From a virus (lineage: Duplodnaviria > Caudoviricetes), in IMG/VR virus record IMGVR_UViG_3300021399_000100: a DNA stretch of 64,000 bases; one strand, 5' to 3'. The notes beneath the pieces were generated by a model. That model did no database searches. It worked only from the letters and a program-made list of their open reading frames with translations, and was not told the origin of the DNA. Of this stretch, positions 59,694 to 64,000 are shown in pieces. Both the position numbers and the translations under genes were made by a program. The first letter of the stretch is position 1. The number at the start of each line of letters is the position of its first letter.

Positions 59694-60605
59694 TTAAATT
59701 TTGCACTCTGATATTAATTTGTTAAATTGATCAAGATTCAATCGGCCTCCGGCAGCCCCCTTATGGCCACCACCTCCGTAATTATCTTTCATGTATTGCC
59801 CGCATGAGAAATCAGTATCCTTATCTTCCATGTACATAGATACATTAAAGGTGCCTTCGATCTTATTGCTGCGTTCTACTACTACACACACGTCATAATC
59901 TTGAAAGACAGACTGGAATACTATTGATGAGAATACAGGGCATATCATAGCTATACCTCTCAGATGCCCGTCTACTTCTACTTCAAACGCAAACCGTTCT
60001 ATCCAACTCTTATATTGGGCATCAGTATATTCTATAATATCTGTACCCTTTTTAATTATGCGTGTAGGGTCTTTCATCAGCTCAGGCCATATTCCCCAAA
60101 GCTTTTCGGGGCCTATACCAACCACGGCTTGCAGACCCGTCTGCATAGGTCGTGTTTCTTTTTCCCAGTCGAATGTGCTCTTATCCCAAATGTCATATGC
60201 ACCTAGAAGCCTGATGCTGTACGGCGTTTCTGAATTAGAGACATTATGAAAATATTCATACGTAAGAACACATGCAGCTTTTGAAGTGTCTCTGACACCT
60301 TGCAGGCCATCATATTTATATTTCACAGAATCTTCTATGGCAGTGATATGATGATCAATCCAGATGGTTCTATCTGAATAATGCGACCATAGGAATTTCA
60401 TGATATCAACTGACAGTGATATGTCGCATAATACAATGTGGCAGTATTCCTCCCAATGAGGTAGCTCTACCTGATCATTATAATTGAAACCAAAGCCCTC
60501 TACAGTATATCCCTGTGATTCATAGAAATCTTTGGCCGTACAGAAACTTGACAACCCATCAAAATCTACTCTGTGATAGACAATGAGTACTTTTTCTTTA
60601 TCCAT
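59694..60605 (-). CDS. DHH/DHHA1 phosphoesterase (NrnB-like)
   Basis: YH..DFDG, CDIS, WIDHH and GGGGHKGAAG. Confidence 0.9.
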   Translation of the reverse strand: MDKEKVLIVYHRVDFDGLSSFCTAKDFYESQGYTVEGFGFNYNDQVELPHWEEYCHIVLCDISLSVDIMKFLWSHYSDRTIWIDHHITAIEDSVKYKYDGLQGVRDTSKAACVLTYEYFHNVSNSETPYSIRLLGAYDIWDKSTFDWEKETRPMQTGLQAVVGIGPEKLWGIWPELMKDPTRIIKKGTDIIEYTDAQYKSWIERFAFEVEVDGHLRGIAMICPVFSSIVFQSVFQDYDVCVVVERSNKIEGTFNVSMYMEDKDTDFSCGQYMKDNYGGGGHKGAAGGRLNLDQFNKLISECKI

Positions 60606-60616
60606 ATTGATTTTAT

Positions 60617-61084
60617 TTATAGTAAGTTTATATAACTGACGAGAGTATCAAACTCAACACTACGGTTATGCTCTTCGCTATAGAACGTCTGTAGCTTTGA
60701 TAGAGCATATTCGATCTTACTTATTCTTTGTTTATATAAAACCGTCTTGGTTAATATACCTAAATCGGTTTTCCATTCTGCAATTGTGTACCCTTCGTAT
60801 GTGTACGGTTCTGCAGGATATAAGTTGGCGATGTCCTTGTCCGCAGCCAGCCCGTGTTCACATAAGAATGACAAGAAAGAATCATGCTTCATCTCTTCGT
60901 CATAAATAATCTTATAATACTTTTCGACATCAGCAATATTAGATACTGCACGCAGACTCTCGCGCCCCATCTTCATATTAGTGGTGTACTTTGGTAGGGC
61001 GTTCAGCTTGTCCTCCAATTCATTCTTTTGTGCCGTGAGTTTATCTACATAGCTCTGTACGGCAGAATCATTTATTTTTCCCAT
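60617..61084 (-). CDS. Hypothetical protein
   Basis: Helical ORF in operon. Confidence 0.7.
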   Translation of the reverse strand: MGKINDSAVQSYVDKLTAQKNELEDKLNALPKYTTNMKMGRESLRAVSNIADVEKYYKIIYDEEMKHDSFLSFLCEHGLAADKDIANLYPAEPYTYEGYTIAEWKTDLGILTKTVLYKQRISKIEYALSKLQTFYSEEHNRSVEFDTLVSYINLL

Positions 61085-61096
61085 AATGATATAATT

Positions 61097-62368
61097 TTAT
61101 TTTTCTAATGTTGGTAGATCGAATTTAGATGGTTGTTCTTTTGATACGTGCACCATATAAATGTACTTGTCTAGGCTTTTACTGCGGTACCCGTCTTTAG
61201 TAATATATTCTATTGCCGGATATTTCCAACTATGAACAGATGACGGATCTGGGGCGGGCTCAAGAGACTCAAACATGGCATTGATTCCTTCTCGGGTCAA
61301 TCCGGGGTACATGTGGAAATAATAATTATATTCGTCACAAGAATAATAGTCAGCTAGTGCTCTTCCAGCTGACATTTTCAGATAATCATTTATAATTTCA
61401 TATGACATGCCTCTGTCGAACCTACAATATGTGTAATAACCTGCAATTTTATAATACCAACTTCTGCAAGTGTGTGCCAATTTTTGTGCAGCCTTCTTAA
61501 CGAAGAATCCCTTACCATCGTCAGTAACTACAGTATATGGACGTCCTTCGTTGTAACCGATTGTATAATTCTGTTCAAAATGGTCTATGATATTAGACGT
61601 AGTCCAGAACTCCTTGCTAAACGCAGTCAAATTGAATCTATACATAATATCCTGAATCTCGTCAGCTGAAAGAACGTTGTCTGATACTTTATATAGAATG
61701 CGGCTAGGATCCTTCTTATATACGATATTATGATCAGTCGGATCTGCAAACAGGCATTTAGACTCGAACTGGGTACCGTAGACGTCTGTTTTAGCTTTAG
61801 CAATCTTTGTCTTTCCAACATATACTAAATCATGAGAAGGCGCATCCCAATAATATCCTTCTTTAAATTTATACAATGAGCCCTCTATCATGTCAGATGC
61901 CTTGAAAGATGCTTTTTCGAACATCTTTGACTGTTCGCTAACATATTTGCTGTAGTCATCTGTACAGCATGGAATCAGAAACAGGTCGGTGCCATCCCAA
62001 CCATATACGAACTTCCCGTCTAGACCTTTGCCATGATAGCAATCTACCCAGTCCAAGATATATAGAAGGTTTTCTATTGAGATTTCAATCTCAAACCCTC
62101 TTGGGTCAAAGACACGGCAATAGCTCTGCCTGAAATTCCAATCAGATTTATAACCGCCCACGTGCTTATTAAGGACGAATCCCTCTGTAGGAACGTTGTC
62201 AAAATCCTGAGGATCTATCTTAGAATCTCTCCAGGAATCCCATGATTTCTGTTTGTGCAGAACACCTTTCTGGTCGTAGTATATAACGTACGCCAGCTTA
62301 TTTGTATAAGTGCCCTCCCTGTGTTGATATCCTGCCTTGATCTTTTTAGGGATAAACATATTACGCAT
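61097..62368 (-). CDS. Conserved phage hypothetical protein
   Basis: KLAYVIYYD..., RVFDPRGFEIEI..ENL. Confidence 0.75.
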   Translation of the reverse strand: MRNMFIPKKIKAGYQHREGTYTNKLAYVIYYDQKGVLHKQKSWDSWRDSKIDPQDFDNVPTEGFVLNKHVGGYKSDWNFRQSYCRVFDPRGFEIEISIENLLYILDWVDCYHGKGLDGKFVYGWDGTDLFLIPCCTDDYSKYVSEQSKMFEKASFKASDMIEGSLYKFKEGYYWDAPSHDLVYVGKTKIAKAKTDVYGTQFESKCLFADPTDHNIVYKKDPSRILYKVSDNVLSADEIQDIMYRFNLTAFSKEFWTTSNIIDHFEQNYTIGYNEGRPYTVVTDDGKGFFVKKAAQKLAHTCRSWYYKIAGYYTYCRFDRGMSYEIINDYLKMSAGRALADYYSCDEYNYYFHMYPGLTREGINAMFESLEPAPDPSSVHSWKYPAIEYITKDGYRSKSLDKYIYMVHVSKEQPSKFDLPTLEK

Positions 62369-62378
62369 ATTTTCGAAA

Positions 62379-62846
62379 TTAACTAAATTGACTTTTTATT
62401 AAATCTACAACATACGAAGATATCTCGTCATCTGCGAGGTTCGAGACTATACAGTATTTTTTATTAACAACAATGATACCCTTTCCTTTTGTAAAGTACT
62501 CGTGCCAGCAGTACCCTTCTGGTTTAGCATTGAACGATAAATAAAAGTCTTCGTCCTTATCCCATAAAGGCATATTATTGGTGTTATGGGTGTTGTATAA
62601 ATTTTCATTACCCGCAATACCCTTATATTTTGGTTTCATTTCGCCGGTAGACTCCCACCATTTGAGGAGTTCAAACCTGTTCAGGTTTGGTATACTCTCA
62701 GGTCTCTTAACAAATGGCTCGTTTTCATCACGGCACAGAATGCCATGATCCTTCGCGAATTTGAATACGTCGTCGGCATTGCTACCATTATATATAATAT
62801 AATCATATTCAATGTCTACATTTATATGTGCATTCATCGTTTTCAT
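62379..62846 (-). CDS. Hypothetical protein
   Basis: Behind the early promoter at 62894-62901. Confidence 0.65.
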   Translation of the reverse strand: MKTMNAHINVDIEYDYIIYNGSNADDVFKFAKDHGILCRDENEPFVKRPESIPNLNRFELLKWWESTGEMKPKYKGIAGNENLYNTHNTNNMPLWDKDEDFYLSFNAKPEGYCWHEYFTKGKGIIVVNKKYCIVSNLADDEISSYVVDLIKSQFS

Positions 62847-62951
62847 ATGCGTTCTGTTTTAGTAATTAATATGTCTGTTTCCTTTCTATGACATAAAATT
62901 ACTAACATTTTTATATATTAGCAACTAAAGCACATAAAATTTTATATGATT

Positions 62952-63149
62952 TTAATCCCAGAAATTCTGACATTGTATCTCTTTCCATTTAGTTGCACGG
63001 AATACTTTGCCGTAAAATGGGCACGATTGAGGGTTATCAAAATGGTCGCAAGAACCACAGAACTCTTCAAAATAGTATAAATTCTGCCTATTGATGTATT
63101 CTTCCAGAGAGTCTTCATCCATAGCGTCTTCTATTCTTATTTTTGGCAT
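62952..63149 (-). CDS. Small Cys-containing protein (start revised to MPKIRI)
   Basis: C..C......CP...C. Confidence 0.55.
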   Translation of the reverse strand: MPKIRIEDAMDEDSLEEYINRQNLYYFEEFCGSCDHFDNPQSCPFYGKVFRATKWKEIQCQNFWD

Positions 63150-63270
63150 GATGCAATAATTTAAATAAGTTGTGTATTTGATAGTTTTAATGCGATTTAA
63201 CACAGGTAATCATATTTACTGCTTATTTATGCGCCTTGTAAAATATCCTGTGTTAAATCGCTTATTTTTA

Positions 63271-63819
63271 CTAAGCATGGAAAGGACCTATCTTCATGCT
63301 CAGTGCAGCTATTATATCCATCACCGCGCTAGTGGTTTTAGATGTCCTATATGGTATATCATTGGTGTCCAGTATTTCTTTAAGTGCCTTGTCTATGTTC
63401 ACCGCCTCTTCTTCAGTCTGCATCCTTCCCGTGTTCTGATATTGGGTCTCCCTCTCTATGAAGAATGTCATAGGGTTGAACCTCTTGTATTGCTCAATGA
63501 CGAAGTCATCAAACAGTTCGCTCTCTAATTTATTATAGAATACAGACAGTATGATAGGAGAATCTGTAATGATGACGTCATTATCGTCTATCAGCCTCCA
63601 TATCTTATGGAACTGCTTGCCGAATATATAGAACTGATCGGCCAAAGTCTTAAATGATTTTTCATATACCATGTCTTTGGCATATTCTGTAGCAAGCTCG
63701 ACTTTGACACCTGCCATCTTGAGGAAATAGAATACTCCAGCCGCAATAGTGCTCTTGCCAGACCCAGGTCCACCTATTAGGTTCACGACGATTGGCATCT
63801 TCTTGTTATTATTAATCAT
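63271..63819 (-). CDS. P-loop kinase/ATPase (AAA_28/NadR-like)
   Basis: NLIGGPGSGKST, EYAKD, ITDSP and GR.Q. Confidence 0.85.
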   Translation of the reverse strand: MINNNKKMPIVVNLIGGPGSGKSTIAAGVFYFLKMAGVKVELATEYAKDMVYEKSFKTLADQFYIFGKQFHKIWRLIDDNDVIITDSPIILSVFYNKLESELFDDFVIEQYKRFNPMTFFIERETQYQNTGRMQTEEEAVNIDKALKEILDTNDIPYRTSKTTSAVMDIIAALSMKIGPFHA

Positions 63820-63853
63820 ATCTGTACGTAATAGAATATATATTATAATATAA

Positions 63854-64000
63854 TCACTGCTTCATCAGCGCTGCAAGGTTAAAAGCTTCGACTGGAGAGA
63901 TATATAGTGCGGCGTCAAATGACTTTCGCTTCCACCTAGTATTCGTCTTGAAAGCAAACGTCTCTATAAGAGGTCCCACTTTCTTGTCAATGCCATTAGG
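63854..64000 (-). CDS. Partial ORF (3' end only)
   Basis: Open frame ...PNGIDKK...LMKQ* running in from the window edge. Confidence 0.5.
   Translation of the reverse strand, partial: PNGIDKKVGPLIETFAFKTNTRWKRKSFDAALYISPVEAFNLAALMKQ

Noticed and set aside
1-64000. Lak-type TAG (or TGA) stop-codon recoding
   Set aside because: Long genes (terminase, ligase, 1803-aa fibre) are intact in code 11, coding density is high, and several genes end plausibly at TAG or TGA.

Overview
64 kb segment of a large AT-rich myovirus-like (T4-superfamily, jumbo-type) phage. The host is probably a Bacteroidota member, judged from TAnnTTT(A/G)-type early promoters and Bacteroidetes-phage gene families. The genetic code appears standard (code 11). 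Layout: 1-12.4 kb is an accessory/early region of small and paralogous ORFs (- strand). 12.6-18.4 kb holds the large terminase and neighbours. 18.4-23.4 kb holds an origin-like repeat region and a large ColE2-Rep/AEP-like protein. 23.5-36 kb holds phosphoesterases, the C-half of a split-intein UvsX/RecA, an S1-domain protein, baseplate-hub and tail-tube genes, a MazG-like gene and a clamp loader. 36.6-42.2 kb is a dense tRNA/ncRNA cluster. 44.9-54.7 kb is a tail-fibre module. 58-64 kb holds DNA ligase, a DHH phosphoesterase and a P-loop kinase. The most unusual features are in the tRNA cluster: (i) a circularly permuted tRNA-like element inside an AGC(A/T)T-repeat RNA directly behind an uncharacterised protein gene, (ii) a tRNA-Thr interrupted by a ribozyme-less intron that is almost entirely a PD-(D/E)XK endonuclease ORF, (iii) a nested, cross-paired tRNA dimer, and (iv) tRNAs with expanded anticodon loops. 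All protein family calls are from motif recognition by eye; no database search was run.
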